A stretch of DNA of 64,000 nt from Candidatus Daviesbacteria bacterium (GCA_016183305.1 JACPEW010000020.1:4247-68246), one strand, 5' to 3'; positions 27,303 through 37,501 are shown, counted from the stretch's first letter. The notes: a model not told the origin generated them from the letters alone. Made by a program: numbers and translations.

Positions 27303-28166
27303 TTAAATCTTAAATACTCGTTTGGCGTTTGTGGTTGTTTGTTTAGCTACTTCTTTCAGAGAGCTTCCTTTTAACTCTGCTATCAGTTGGGCAATTTCTT
27401 TGACAGTTGCTGGTTCATTCCTTTGGCCTCTTCTGGATTGAGAAGATAGAAAAGGAGAGTCAGTCTCTAGGATAATCCGGTCTAAAGGAATAATTTTGGC
27501 AGCCTTTCTTAGATATTCATTTTTAGGATAAGTAATATTAGCTGCAAAAGAAATTAGAAAATTAGTGTTTTGCAAGACAGAATCAGTAGTTTGGGGTAAA
27601 CCAGAATAACAATGGTAAATTCCAAAATGATCTTTAGTCATCTCTATAACTTTGTCCCAACATTCAGTATTTTCATGATTTTGGGAACGGTCATCCCTAC
27701 TATGAACTACTAAAGGTAGTTTAAGCCTTTTTGCCAGGTCAATTTGTGCCTGGAATAATTTAACTTCTAATGCTTTAACCTGGTCAAGCGATAGGGCAGA
27801 GGGAATAAATTCAGGATTAAACAGATAGTCCAAACCACACTCCCCAACAGCAACTACTTTTTTTGGGTTAGTACTATAAACTGTCTGTAATTCCTTAATA
27901 TCTCCCTCTAACTTGTCACTTGTCTCTTGTTCCTTGTCACTATACTTGGGGGCCTCGTGTGGGTGAATACCAATAGTTGAGTATACTGATAAGCCTTCAG
28001 GCAAGTTAGTGTTATTAGTTTGATCTAGGGCAATTTGGCTTTTTTCCACATCAACCCCGGTATTGATAATAGTAGTAATGTCAGCATCTAAAGCTCTTTG
28101 GATAACATCGTTAAAATCATCTTTAAAAGAATCCCAATAAAGGTGAGCATGAGTATCAATTAGCAT
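27303..28166 (-). CDS. tatD: TatD family metal-dependent hydrolase
   Basis: MLIDTHAHL, GECGLDY, VVHSRD, ETDSPFL motifs. Confidence 0.85.
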   Translation of the reverse strand: MLIDTHAHLYWDSFKDDFNDVIQRALDADITTIINTGVDVEKSQIALDQTNNTNLPEGLSVYSTIGIHPHEAPKYSDKEQETSDKLEGDIKELQTVYSTNPKKVVAVGECGLDYLFNPEFIPSALSLDQVKALEVKLFQAQIDLAKRLKLPLVVHSRDDRSQNHENTECWDKVIEMTKDHFGIYHCYSGLPQTTDSVLQNTNFLISFAANITYPKNEYLRKAAKIIPLDRIILETDSPFLSSQSRRGQRNEPATVKEIAQLIAELKGSSLKEVAKQTTTNAKRVFKI

Positions 28167-28174
28167 GTAGCAAA

Positions 28175-28804
28175 TTATACATGCTTTAGTCCTAAAACTG
28201 TAGCAAATCTAAAATCCTCAGGTAGGTTTTGGTCAACATATCTTCTGTGGGAAAAATATTCTATATTATGATAAGTACAGATTTTGGGATTATCAATATT
28301 CTTGGGTAAAACTCCTAAGTTTTTCAACTGATTTTCTGCTTCTTTCCAAAGGTCCATTCTATAACAACAAGGCCCGATAGCAGGGCCAAATCTAACAATT
28401 AAATCTTTTGATTTTGATTTATAATTTTTCTTCATCTTTTCAACTGCATTTTTAATAATGCCTTTTTCTAAGCCCTTAAAGCCTGCATGGATTAAAGCTA
28501 TAGCTCCATTTTTAGGATCATAAAAAGCAATCTGGTGACAGTCAGCAGCTTTAACCATTAGGTATATATTAGGTAAATTAGTCATAAATCCATCTGCTTC
28601 TGTCAGCCTTTTTCCTAAAGATGATCTGGTAATTTTAAGAATCCTTTTACCATGGATTTGTGTAGTATCAATTACTGATGTTATATCAATATCAAATTTA
28701 CTTAAAAACTTCTGTCTGTTTACTAAAGCTTGTTTGGGATCTCCTCTTAGAAAAGACATATTTCCATCCTTTACTGTGGAAGTAAGGAAAACTAAAGAGT
28801 TCAT
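28175..28804 (-). CDS. pgeF: YfiH/PgeF (DUF152) family protein
   Basis: KAADCHQIAFYD...ALIHAGFKGL...CTY....FSHRR motifs. Confidence 0.75.
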   Translation of the reverse strand: MNSLVFLTSTVKDGNMSFLRGDPKQALVNRQKFLSKFDIDITSVIDTTQIHGKRILKITRSSLGKRLTEADGFMTNLPNIYLMVKAADCHQIAFYDPKNGAIALIHAGFKGLEKGIIKNAVEKMKKNYKSKSKDLIVRFGPAIGPCCYRMDLWKEAENQLKNLGVLPKNIDNPKICTYHNIEYFSHRRYVDQNLPEDFRFATVLGLKHV

Positions 28805-30219
28805 ATTCTGGGAAATAGTGGGGCAGACGAGGTGACTTGACCGGAAAATTGTTGGAGGATTTTGTCAGCAGTTTCTGGCAAGAAAGGTTTTAAGCTTAAA
28901 GCAATAGAACGGATTTTTACTGCACTTTCAGATAAAAATTCCTTAAGCTTTTCTTCTTCTAGCTTCCAGGGTTGAACCTCATTAATCTTTTTATCTAAAG
29001 CAGCAATATCTTGCCAAATAGCTCCTAAAGCTTCATTAAATTTAAATTGCTCTAATCTTTCTTTTACCAAAGGATCAAAAATTTCTGTGGTTTGAGTTAT
29101 TTCAAAACTAACCTTTTCTGCAAGTTTAGCAATCCTGGCTACTAAATTACCCAAACCATTAGCCAAATCAGCATTATATGTTTCCAGCATCTTTTCATCA
29201 GAATAATCACCATCTGTAAAAGGAGAAACTTTAGCCAGAAGATAATATCTTAGTGCATCAGTGCCATATTTTTTAATTACTTCCAAAGGATCAATAATAT
29301 TGCCTAGGGTTTTAGACATTTTTTGTCCATTAATAGTAATGTAATCATGAACAAATAATTTTTTTGGTAAAGCTAAACCTGCTGAAAGTAAAATTGCAGG
29401 CCAATAAACAGCATGAAATCTGATGATTCCTTTACCAATCACATGAAGATCTGCTGGCCACCATTTTTTATATTTTTCTTCATCCCAGCCAAAGCCTATT
29501 CCAGACTGATAAATGTTTAAAGCATCAAACCATACATATTCCCGTTGGTTAGGGTCTCCTGGCACTGGTACCCCCCAATTCTTAGCTCTTTTATTAGTTC
29601 TGGAAATACTAAAATCTTGCAAACCGCTTTTTATAAATGAGATAACCTCGTTTTTTCTAAAACTTGGGATAATTTGGTATTTTTCTGATTCTATAAGTTG
29701 TAACAGTTTATCCTGATAACTTGATAATTTAAAAAAGTAATTTTCTTCTTTAACCTCTTCTAGTTTTTTGCCAGGATGCTCAAAGCATTCTCCTTTTTCA
29801 TCCAATTCATCAGGGGTATAAAAAGCCTCGCATCCAACACAATATAAACCCTTGTAGGATTTCTTATAAATATCCCCCTGTTCTGCGCAAAGCTGCCAAA
29901 GCTTTTGGGAAGCAAGATGATGTTTTTCATCACTACCTTTTTGGAAAACATCAAACCGAACATTTAGTTTTTCTGCCAGGTCCTGGAATAACTTGGCATT
30001 TTTATCAACAAAAGCCTGGACATTTTCTCCTAAGCTTTCAGCTGCCTGGACATTTTTTAAGGCATTTTCATCAGCTCCTGATAGTAAAATAACTTCACTA
30101 TCTAAAAGCCTATGATAACGGGCAATAGTGTCCCCTTGGATAAACTCTAAGGCATGACCCGCGTGGGGCGCGGCATTTACATAAGGAATAGCACAAGTAA
30201 TATATTGTTTCACGCCCAA
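28801..30219 (-). CDS. metG: methionine--tRNA ligase
   Basis: IPYVNAAPHAGHAL (HIGH), KMSKTLGN (KMSKS), CVGCEAF zinc knuckle. TTG start. Confidence 0.9.
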   Translation of the reverse strand: MGVKQYITCAIPYVNAAPHAGHALEFIQGDTIARYHRLLDSEVILLSGADENALKNVQAAESLGENVQAFVDKNAKLFQDLAEKLNVRFDVFQKGSDEKHHLASQKLWQLCAEQGDIYKKSYKGLYCVGCEAFYTPDELDEKGECFEHPGKKLEEVKEENYFFKLSSYQDKLLQLIESEKYQIIPSFRKNEVISFIKSGLQDFSISRTNKRAKNWGVPVPGDPNQREYVWFDALNIYQSGIGFGWDEEKYKKWWPADLHVIGKGIIRFHAVYWPAILLSAGLALPKKLFVHDYITINGQKMSKTLGNIIDPLEVIKKYGTDALRYYLLAKVSPFTDGDYSDEKMLETYNADLANGLGNLVARIAKLAEKVSFEITQTTEIFDPLVKERLEQFKFNEALGAIWQDIAALDKKINEVQPWKLEEEKLKEFLSESAVKIRSIALSLKPFLPETADKILQQFSGQVTSSAPLFPRI

Positions 30220-30229
30220 ATTATACCAT

Positions 30230-31060
30230 TTATCCCTTTAAAAGAGCTTGGAGTTTGGTTAAATAGTTTTGTTTAGTGGAAACTTTTTTGTGGCTTTTCT
30301 GTTCAAGCTCTTCTCTGGCATTCCCGGCTACTGTGCCGCCGTCCTGAGCAGCTTTCTTGTTCTGATGAAATTCTTGAGTATCTCTATTCTTAGCGGTCTC
30401 TGTAGTAGAAGCATCGCCCAGCATAGAAAAGATTAGTTCTAAATCATTCATATGATCCCTTAAGTCTTCCCTTTCTAAGTTCTTAAATTTTTTATATTAG
30501 GATGGAGTCATCCCAAGAGTAGCTTTAGAAATTTCTGCAGTGAGTATTGCATATTCTCTATCTTTACCAACTTCTCTTTTCTTCCATTCATCAGTTAAGG
30601 TCTCTCTGATCTCAATTCCCCTCACCCTTTTTTCAATCCAAGATTCAGAGTAACCTTTAGCTTTATATAAAGCCCTTGTGCTTTTAGTAGCTGGTTCCGG
30701 ATCTTCTATTTCCTGTACTCTTTCATAACCAACCCTGGCTAACCATCTTTTAAATGGTTCTGTTTTTGGTGAGGGGATAGTTTGAATAATTCTAAATACA
30801 GTCTCGGTATTGGCACAGTCTATTAAGTATTTTTTGCCATCAGGGGATTCTAGTTTCAGTTGTCCGATTTTTTCGGACAACTCAATATATCCTTCCTTAA
30901 TAATCTTGGTTTTTAAATCATTCCAATACTTTCTTGGTCTGTCTGTACCAGTCAACGCTTCGGCAATATCAGTTACAGAAAACCACCATTCATTGTTATA
31001 GATAGTTTTTCTAACCTTGGTGCCTTTAAAGATTGCTACTTTAGTGATTTCGTTAACCAT
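30230..31060 (-). pseudogene. dinD: DinD/Bro-N family protein with in-frame TAA
   Basis: ORFs 30497..31060 and 30230..30451 are in one frame: ...ATLGMTPS-TAA(30497..30499)-YKKFKNLEREDLRDHMNDLELIFSMLGDASTTE... Confidence 0.65.
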
Positions 31061-31098
31061 ATATCAATATAACCAAATAAAAACCGAAAAGTCAAGGG

Positions 31099-31488
31099 TT
31101 ATTTTTCTCTTCTCCGGAGGTTAGTTAGCTTGTGGATTTTTGGCAACTTAATAAGTTCCTTTCTCTGGTTCTTTTTAAAGTAGCTGACAAGTAATCCTAC
31201 AGAAATAATAATTAAAATACCTGTCACAATATTTAGTGAGTCCAGGGCTTGCAAAATTAAAAAGAAAATTAATCCTAAACTAATAGAAGAAGAAATAAAA
31301 ATATTTTTTAATATAATATTCAAAGTAAAGACAAATGCTAAATATAGAGGTATGAAAAACAGAGCAGTTTGATTAAGGTTTGCCTGGGTCAGGCTGTCAG
31401 GATAAGGGGTACTAAAAATAACAAATATAACAACTCCCCAAAATAATAAACCAGGAACAATCTTTTGAATTATTTTAAACATAAACAC
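31099..31488 (-). CDS. membrane protein
   Basis: 129 aa, four hydrophobic helices, basic C-terminus. Confidence 0.45.
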   Translation of the reverse strand: MFMFKIIQKIVPGLLFWGVVIFVIFSTPYPDSLTQANLNQTALFFIPLYLAFVFTLNIILKNIFISSSISLGLIFFLILQALDSLNIVTGILIIISVGLLVSYFKKNQRKELIKLPKIHKLTNLRRREK

Positions 31489-31500
31489 ATTCTAGCTTAA

Positions 31501-32706
31501 ATGCTTATTACTTCAAAAGGTGGTAAAATACCGGAGCTTATGGATACCAATCCTACCACGACGATACTCGTTTGCCCTAATTGTAAAAAACAAATATCTA
31601 TTGATGAAGCGTTAAGGTCTCGACTGGAAGGTCAGATCAAAAATAATTTAAGAAACGAATTTAATCAAAAGTGGGTTGAAGAAAAGAAAAAGCTGGAGGA
31701 AAATTTGCAGGGTCAAATTGATGAGAAAACCAAAAAAGAAAAACTGGAACTTGAGAAGCGGTTGGAAAAGCAAAAGAAAGAGATAGATACATTTAGGGAA
31801 AATGAACTCACTCTCCGCAGAAAAACCCAGGAAATGGAAGAAAAAGAGAAAAATTTAGAGCTTGAAAAACAGCGTCAGATTGATGAGGAAAGAAAAAAAA
31901 TACAGGAAAAAACTGCGGAGGAGTTTATGGAAAAATTTCATCTTAAAGAAAAGGAGCATGAACAGCAAATGGAAGCAATGAAAAAATCTTTGGATGAAGC
32001 CCAAAGAAAAGCCAGTCAGGGCTCACAACAACTACAGGGAGAGGTTTTAGAACTTGAACTTGAAGGTATTTTAAAACAGGAATTTCCAGCTGATGAAATT
32101 ATTCCTGTTCCAAAAGGAGTCACCGGGGCGGATGTTATTCAAAAAATTAAAGATTTAAACGGCAGAGATTGTGGCATAATTATCTGGGAAAGCAAAAGAA
32201 CTAAAAATTGGACAGAAGGTTGGATACAAAAGCTGAAGGATGATCAGCGGGCTACTAAGGCAGATGTGGCAATAATTGTATCGAGTATTTTACCTGAAGG
32301 AGTGAAAAATTTTGTAACAAAGGATGGGATTCATATCACAAGTTTCGACGCGTTTATCAGTCTTGCGAAATTAGTCAGGTCATCCTTAGTTGATCTTCAG
32401 AAAACAAAACTTTCTACAGTGGATAAGAGCAATAAAATGGAAATTGTCTATACATATCTTTCCGGAATTGAATTTAGACAAAGGTTTGAGGCAATCATAG
32501 AAGCATTTACCGGAATGAAGGGAGATTTGGAAAAGGAAAAACTGCTTTATATCAAGGTTTGGGCGAAGAGGGAGAAACAAATTCAAAAGGTTGTTGGTAA
32601 TACTGCCGGCATGTATGGAGATTTGCAGGGACTGATGGGTGCGTCTTTGCCGGAAATAAAATTGTTGGATGTTGATGTTGAACTACTTGAAAGTCCGGAA
32701 GAATAA
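31501..32706 (+). CDS. DUF2130-like protein: Zn-ribbon, long coiled coil, C-terminal restriction-endonuclease-like domain
   Basis: CPNCKK near the N-terminus, about 150 aa of K/E-rich heptad-like sequence, then GVTGADVIQKI..GIIIWESKRTKNW..GWIQKLKDDQR..ADVAIIVS. Start may be ATG 31540. Confidence 0.5.
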   Translation: MLITSKGGKIPELMDTNPTTTILVCPNCKKQISIDEALRSRLEGQIKNNLRNEFNQKWVEEKKKLEENLQGQIDEKTKKEKLELEKRLEKQKKEIDTFRENELTLRRKTQEMEEKEKNLELEKQRQIDEERKKIQEKTAEEFMEKFHLKEKEHEQQMEAMKKSLDEAQRKASQGSQQLQGEVLELELEGILKQEFPADEIIPVPKGVTGADVIQKIKDLNGRDCGIIIWESKRTKNWTEGWIQKLKDDQRATKADVAIIVSSILPEGVKNFVTKDGIHITSFDAFISLAKLVRSSLVDLQKTKLSTVDKSNKMEIVYTYLSGIEFRQRFEAIIEAFTGMKGDLEKEKLLYIKVWAKREKQIQKVVGNTAGMYGDLQGLMGASLPEIKLLDVDVELLESPEE

Positions 32707-35700
32707 TGGTTTCACCGCAATTTAAAAATCTATATTCCAAATTGAATACCAGACAAAAAGAGGCAGTTGATGAAATCGAGGGGCCGGTTATGGTAATTGC
32801 AGGTCCGGGCACAGGCAAGACTCAAATACTTACCTTAAGAATTGCTAATATCCTACTTAAGACTCAAGTTAACCCGGAAAATATTCTGGCTTTAACTTTT
32901 TCGGAAGCTGCCAGTTTTGAAATGAGGGACAGGCTTTCGGAAATTATCGGAACACCGGCCTTCAGAGCGGAAATTTCAACATTTCATTCTTTTTCAAACA
33001 GTATTATCAAAAATTATCCGGAGGAATTCCCCACTCTTTTATCTTCAGAACTTATTACCGAAATTGAACAGGTTGAGATTATTGAGAAATTGATCGGATC
33101 GTTGGATCTGCTTCTCCTTAAGCCTTTCGGAGAACCACTTTATTTTCTAAAAGATATATTGCAATCCATCAATGATCTAAAAAAAGAAGGGATAGTGCCG
33201 GAGAAGTTAAAAACTGCTGTTTTAAAACAGGAAAATGCTTTTACAAAAATAAAGGATTTGTATCACGAAAAAGGTAAGTACAAAGGGGAAATGAAAGGGC
33301 AGCACCAGACTCTTAAAAAAGATATTGAAAAAACAAAAGAATTTTTAAAAGTTTTTGAAAATTATCAGAAATCTTTAAGCGGGCAAAAAAAATATGATTT
33401 TAACGATATGCTTTTGGAGGTTATCAAAAGTTTGCAGTCCAATAAATCTTTACTTCTAAGAATACAGGAAAAATATCAATATATATTAATAGATGAGCAT
33501 CAGGATACCAATGCAGCGCAAAATAGACTTATTGAGCTGGTTGCGAGTTTTTATGAAATTCCTAATTTATTCGTAGTAGGAGATGCTAGTCAGGCAATTT
33601 ACCGTTTTCAGGGGGCTTCTTTGGAAAACTTCCTCTATTTTAAAAAAATTTATCCGGTTGCTAAGTTAATAAATCTAAAGATTAATTACCGGTCCCATCA
33701 AACTATTTTGGATGCATCAGGAAGCCTGATAGAAAAAAATATCAGCGCAAATGTTTTGCCTGCGGAAAATTTAGTATCCAGTCCTCAAAAAATGCCGGAG
33801 AAAATAAAAGTTGCGGAACTTTCCGGTTATGATCTGGAATACGAATATATAGCATCGGAAATCGGTAAACAGATTAAAAAAAATGATCCTTCTAAGATAG
33901 CAGTTTTGGCAAGAAGAAATATGGATCTTGCACCGCTTGCGCAAATTTTTAACAGGAAAGGTATTAAATTTGTAATCAGAGCAGATCAGGATATTCTAAA
34001 AGATCTTGAGATAGAAAAAATTCTGCTTATTTTTGAAGCCATCGGAAAACCTTTTGACGAAGAAACGCTTGTAAAAGTTTTACAGATAAATTTCTTGGGT
34101 ATTGATTCTTTTGACGTTTATAAAATAATAAGTTATTCAAGAAAACAGAAAATAAGTATTAATGAATTTATAAGGAAGATAAATGACAAGAATGGTAATA
34201 AGTTAGGATTGGAGAAACCTAATGCAATTATCAGTTTCTACAGGAAATATTCTAGTTGGATAAGCGGTAGCAATAATATTCCTTTTGATGAACTGTTTGT
34301 TGATGTGGTAAACGGATCAGGGTTTAAAGAATATTTTCTGCAGTCAGGGCAAAGGTATCAGATACTTAATAAATTAACCGCTCTTTTTGATGAAGTTAAA
34401 CTATATCTTAGTAAAAACCCCAAATTTAATTTAACAGATTTTTTGCATCTTCTGCAGACAGCGGAAAAACACAAAGTTTCCTGGAGGACAAAATATAATT
34501 TGTCTACGGAAGAGGGAACAAGGCTTATGACAGTGCATCAATCCAAAGGTTTGGAGTTTGAATCTGTATATATCATAAATTGTTTTGATGAAAGATGGGG
34601 TAATAGCAGAAAAAGGGGTACGAAGATAAAAATCCCCTGGGAATATTTGGGACAAAGTATTAAAGCGGATGTTTCTTTTGAAGAAATTGAAGACGAGCGA
34701 CGGCTTTTTTATGTTGGGATGACCAGGGCTAAAAAAAGCGTTTTACTAACATATTCTAAATACGGGATAGACGGAAAGGCGCAACTACCAAGTCAATTTC
34801 TACAGGAAATCAGCAGCAAGTTTTTAGAAAAAATAAATATTTCCGGGTTTGAAAAAAGTTTTAATAATGCTCAGGTTTTTAATCAACCGGAAAAAAAGGA
34901 AATTTCTCCAAAAGATAAAAAATATTTGCAGGGTCTTTTTTTGGAAAAAGGTCTGTCAGCAACAGGACTGGATAATTTTATCAAATGCCCCTGGAGATAT
35001 TTTTTCAGAAACCTTGTTTCCCTGCCGGAAAGGAAAGATAAAAATTTAATATTCGGGTCTGCAGTGCATTTTGCATTAAGCGCCTACATTAAATACGGAA
35101 AAATAAAAAAAAGAAGGTACCATTTCTTGATTGATAAATTCAGGGAATACTTAGACGGTCAACCTCTTTCCCAGGAAGAAGAAACAGAGTGTCTGACTAA
35201 GGGTGAAAAAGCGTTAAAACATTTTTATAAAGAGGCAATCCCGGCCTGGCCTGCAGATTTGCAAAGCGAAATGCCAATTAAGGGAGTGAAGTTTGCTGAA
35301 GGGATAATTCTTAATGGAAGATTGGATATGATCGAATTTTTGCCAGGTGATGGGGCGGTTCGGGTGCATGATTTTAAATCAGGTAAACCAAAAAACAGAT
35401 CACAAATTGACGGAAGCAAGAATACGAAAGATTACAATTATTTAAGACAACTGATTTTTTATAGAATACTGCTGGATAGATACAAAGAAGGATTAATGAA
35501 AATGAAAGAAGGTGTTATTGATTTTATAGAACCGGATGAAAAGCAAAGACTCAGAAGCGAGACTTTTTCAATCGGTGAATCAGAAGTACGCAGTTTGGAG
35601 CAGATGATAAAATCAGTTGGAGAGCAAATTATTAATTTGTCATTTTGGGATCAGACATGCGGAGAGAAAGATTGTGAATTTTGCTTATTACGGAAAATGG

Positions 35701-35708
35701 TTTTTTAA
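32706..35708 (+). CDS. UvrD-family helicase fused to a C-terminal PD-(D/E)XK (Cas4/AddB-like) nuclease
   Basis: AGPGTGKTQ (Walker A), LIDEHQDTN, VGDASQAIYRFQGA, NYRS, MTVHQSKGLEF. C-terminal KCPWRYF, RLDMIEF...VHDFKSGK, C-x4-C-x2-C (CGEKDCEFC). Confidence 0.8.
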   Translation: MVSPQFKNLYSKLNTRQKEAVDEIEGPVMVIAGPGTGKTQILTLRIANILLKTQVNPENILALTFSEAASFEMRDRLSEIIGTPAFRAEISTFHSFSNSIIKNYPEEFPTLLSSELITEIEQVEIIEKLIGSLDLLLLKPFGEPLYFLKDILQSINDLKKEGIVPEKLKTAVLKQENAFTKIKDLYHEKGKYKGEMKGQHQTLKKDIEKTKEFLKVFENYQKSLSGQKKYDFNDMLLEVIKSLQSNKSLLLRIQEKYQYILIDEHQDTNAAQNRLIELVASFYEIPNLFVVGDASQAIYRFQGASLENFLYFKKIYPVAKLINLKINYRSHQTILDASGSLIEKNISANVLPAENLVSSPQKMPEKIKVAELSGYDLEYEYIASEIGKQIKKNDPSKIAVLARRNMDLAPLAQIFNRKGIKFVIRADQDILKDLEIEKILLIFEAIGKPFDEETLVKVLQINFLGIDSFDVYKIISYSRKQKISINEFIRKINDKNGNKLGLEKPNAIISFYRKYSSWISGSNNIPFDELFVDVVNGSGFKEYFLQSGQRYQILNKLTALFDEVKLYLSKNPKFNLTDFLHLLQTAEKHKVSWRTKYNLSTEEGTRLMTVHQSKGLEFESVYIINCFDERWGNSRKRGTKIKIPWEYLGQSIKADVSFEEIEDERRLFYVGMTRAKKSVLLTYSKYGIDGKAQLPSQFLQEISSKFLEKINISGFEKSFNNAQVFNQPEKKEISPKDKKYLQGLFLEKGLSATGLDNFIKCPWRYFFRNLVSLPERKDKNLIFGSAVHFALSAYIKYGKIKKRRYHFLIDKFREYLDGQPLSQEEETECLTKGEKALKHFYKEAIPAWPADLQSEMPIKGVKFAEGIILNGRLDMIEFLPGDGAVRVHDFKSGKPKNRSQIDGSKNTKDYNYLRQLIFYRILLDRYKEGLMKMKEGVIDFIEPDEKQRLRSETFSIGESEVRSLEQMIKSVGEQIINLSFWDQTCGEKDCEFCLLRKMVF

Positions 35709-35728
35709 CTATGATGAATTTTATATTT

Positions 35729-35768
35729 GTCATTGCGAGGCCCGTCAAAGGCGGATCGTGGCAATCTT
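35729..35768 (+). repeat. GTCAT-hairpin repeat
   Basis: gtcattgcgaggcccgtcaaaggcggatcgtggcaatctt. Confidence 0.7.
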
Positions 35769-35789
35769 GATTGAGCTGGAAGGTATAAT

Positions 35790-36941
35790 ATGAGGATGTT
35801 TACCAGCCGCATCAACATAATTAGAGCTTACTTAAACAAGCAAAAACTTGATGCGGTTTTGATTTCTTCTGTTTTCAATATTACATACCTAACTGGGTTT
35901 TCTAATTTTTCCAAAGAAGAAAGGGAAGCATATTTACTGATTGGTAAGGATTTCCAATATATTATTACTGATGCCAGGTATTCAGAGGCAGTTAAAAGTG
36001 AAGTGCCTCATTTGATATTATTTGAAAGGGGTTATAAGCAATCTACAGAAGACCTTCTTAAAAAGCATAAAAAAGAAATTAAAAATTTGGGGATAGAGGA
36101 AGATGATTTAACTGTAGCAGAACATAAGTTACTCAAAAAACATTTTAAAACTATTAAACATTTAGATATTAAAACTCACCGGGCTATTAAAACCCTTGAA
36201 GAAATAGACAAAATTAAAAAAGCTGCTAAGTTAGGAGATAAAGCTTTTGAATATATTTTGGAAAAGATTAAACCAGGAGTTTCTGAAAAAGAAATTGCTT
36301 TTGAGCTGGAATCTTTTGTTAAAAAATATGGAGCAGATTTAAGCTTTCCTTCTATTGTAGCTTTTGGGAAAAATTCCGCGGTACCTCATCATCAAACAGG
36401 GAATACTAAATTAACTGGCAAAGGAGAATTTGTGTTGTTAGACTTTGGGGTAAAATACAAAAATTATTGTTCTGATATGACCAGGACTGTTTTTTTAGGA
36501 AAACCCTCAGAAAAACAACAAAAAATTTACCAGGCAGTTTTAGCAGCTCAACAAAAAGCGATAGATTTTATCAATAAAAAATTAAAGGCTGGTAAGGAAA
36601 TTAAGGCAGGTGAGGCAGATAAGGCAGCTAGGGATTATATTGTCTCTAAAGGTTATCCCGGTATTCCTCATTCGCTTGGACATGGGATTGGTCTAGAAGT
36701 TCATGAACATCCTTTTCTTTCTTCAAAAAGCAAAGAAGTTTTAAAGGAGGGGATGGTTTTTTCTATAGAGCCGGGTATTTATATTCCTGATTTTGGCCCG
36801 CCTCGCCCGTCTTTGGCGAGGCTTCGTGAGGCTCGCTTCGCGGGCGAAGCGGGAGGAGTAAGAATTGAGGATTTATTTGTTTTAGAAAAGGATAAGCTAA
36901 GTAACATAACTCACAGCCCAAAGCAAATAATTTCAATTTAA
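35790..36941 (+). CDS. pepP: Xaa-Pro aminopeptidase (M24B) carrying an in-frame GC-rich insertion
   Basis: DFG..Y..YCSDMTRT, HSLGHGIGLEVHE, FSIEPGIYIP...GGVRIED. About 19 extra residues sit between the last two motifs. Confidence 0.85.
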   Translation: MRMFTSRINIIRAYLNKQKLDAVLISSVFNITYLTGFSNFSKEEREAYLLIGKDFQYIITDARYSEAVKSEVPHLILFERGYKQSTEDLLKKHKKEIKNLGIEEDDLTVAEHKLLKKHFKTIKHLDIKTHRAIKTLEEIDKIKKAAKLGDKAFEYILEKIKPGVSEKEIAFELESFVKKYGADLSFPSIVAFGKNSAVPHHQTGNTKLTGKGEFVLLDFGVKYKNYCSDMTRTVFLGKPSEKQQKIYQAVLAAQQKAIDFINKKLKAGKEIKAGEADKAARDYIVSKGYPGIPHSLGHGIGLEVHEHPFLSSKSKEVLKEGMVFSIEPGIYIPDFGPPRPSLARLREARFAGEAGGVRIEDLFVLEKDKLSNITHSPKQIISI

Positions 36942-36943
36942 AT

Positions 36944-37501
36944 TTACTTCTGGTAAAACCAAAAATTACCAGCCCCTTTAATATCCTTTGATAAACCTAC
37001 TTCTTTAGAAAAGTCTAATTTCTTAAAAGGCTTCCAATTAGGAAAATGATAAGTCTGGGTAATTATGATAGTGCCTTTTTTTAATTCTTTCTTTAATTTC
37101 TCTTCTAATTTTTTAACACCTTTATGTAATAGGTAAATATAAACAATATCAGCATCTCGGTAGGTTCTTTTAAAAACATCCTCATGATAGAACTCCACAT
37201 TCCCACATCGGAAGTGGGAAGCTAGTTTACTTGTTTGGTATTTAGAATATAAAACCCGTAGCCAGGATTGTTCTATACCAGTAGCATCTGCACCTAGTCT
37301 CGCTGCATGGATAACAACCCTGCCATCTCCTGACCCCAGCTCATAAAACTTTTTCCCTTTTTTAACCCCAGCCAATCTTAGGATCCTCCTAATAATATCT
37401 GAGTTAGTAGGCACATAAGGAGCATCAGATCCAGCAAACCAAGATAGGGCAATAAAGCATCCCAATAATATCCCTCCAGAAATTATTAATGTAATATCCA
37501 T
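36944..37501 (-). CDS. class I SAM-dependent methyltransferase with N-terminal TM helix
   Basis: FYELGSGDGRVVIHAA (motif I), DIVYIYLL (post-II region). Confidence 0.65.
   Translation of the reverse strand: MDITLIISGGILLGCFIALSWFAGSDAPYVPTNSDIIRRILRLAGVKKGKKFYELGSGDGRVVIHAARLGADATGIEQSWLRVLYSKYQTSKLASHFRCGNVEFYHEDVFKRTYRDADIVYIYLLHKGVKKLEEKLKKELKKGTIIITQTYHFPNWKPFKKLDFSKEVGLSKDIKGAGNFWFYQK

Noticed and set aside
31501-31539. Upstream ATG (31501) as the true start of the DUF2130-like gene
   Set aside because: This is not resolved. It would leave only 12 nt to the divergent gene. ATG 31540 (MDTNPTTTILVCPNC) is equally plausible, so the track coordinates are kept with a note.
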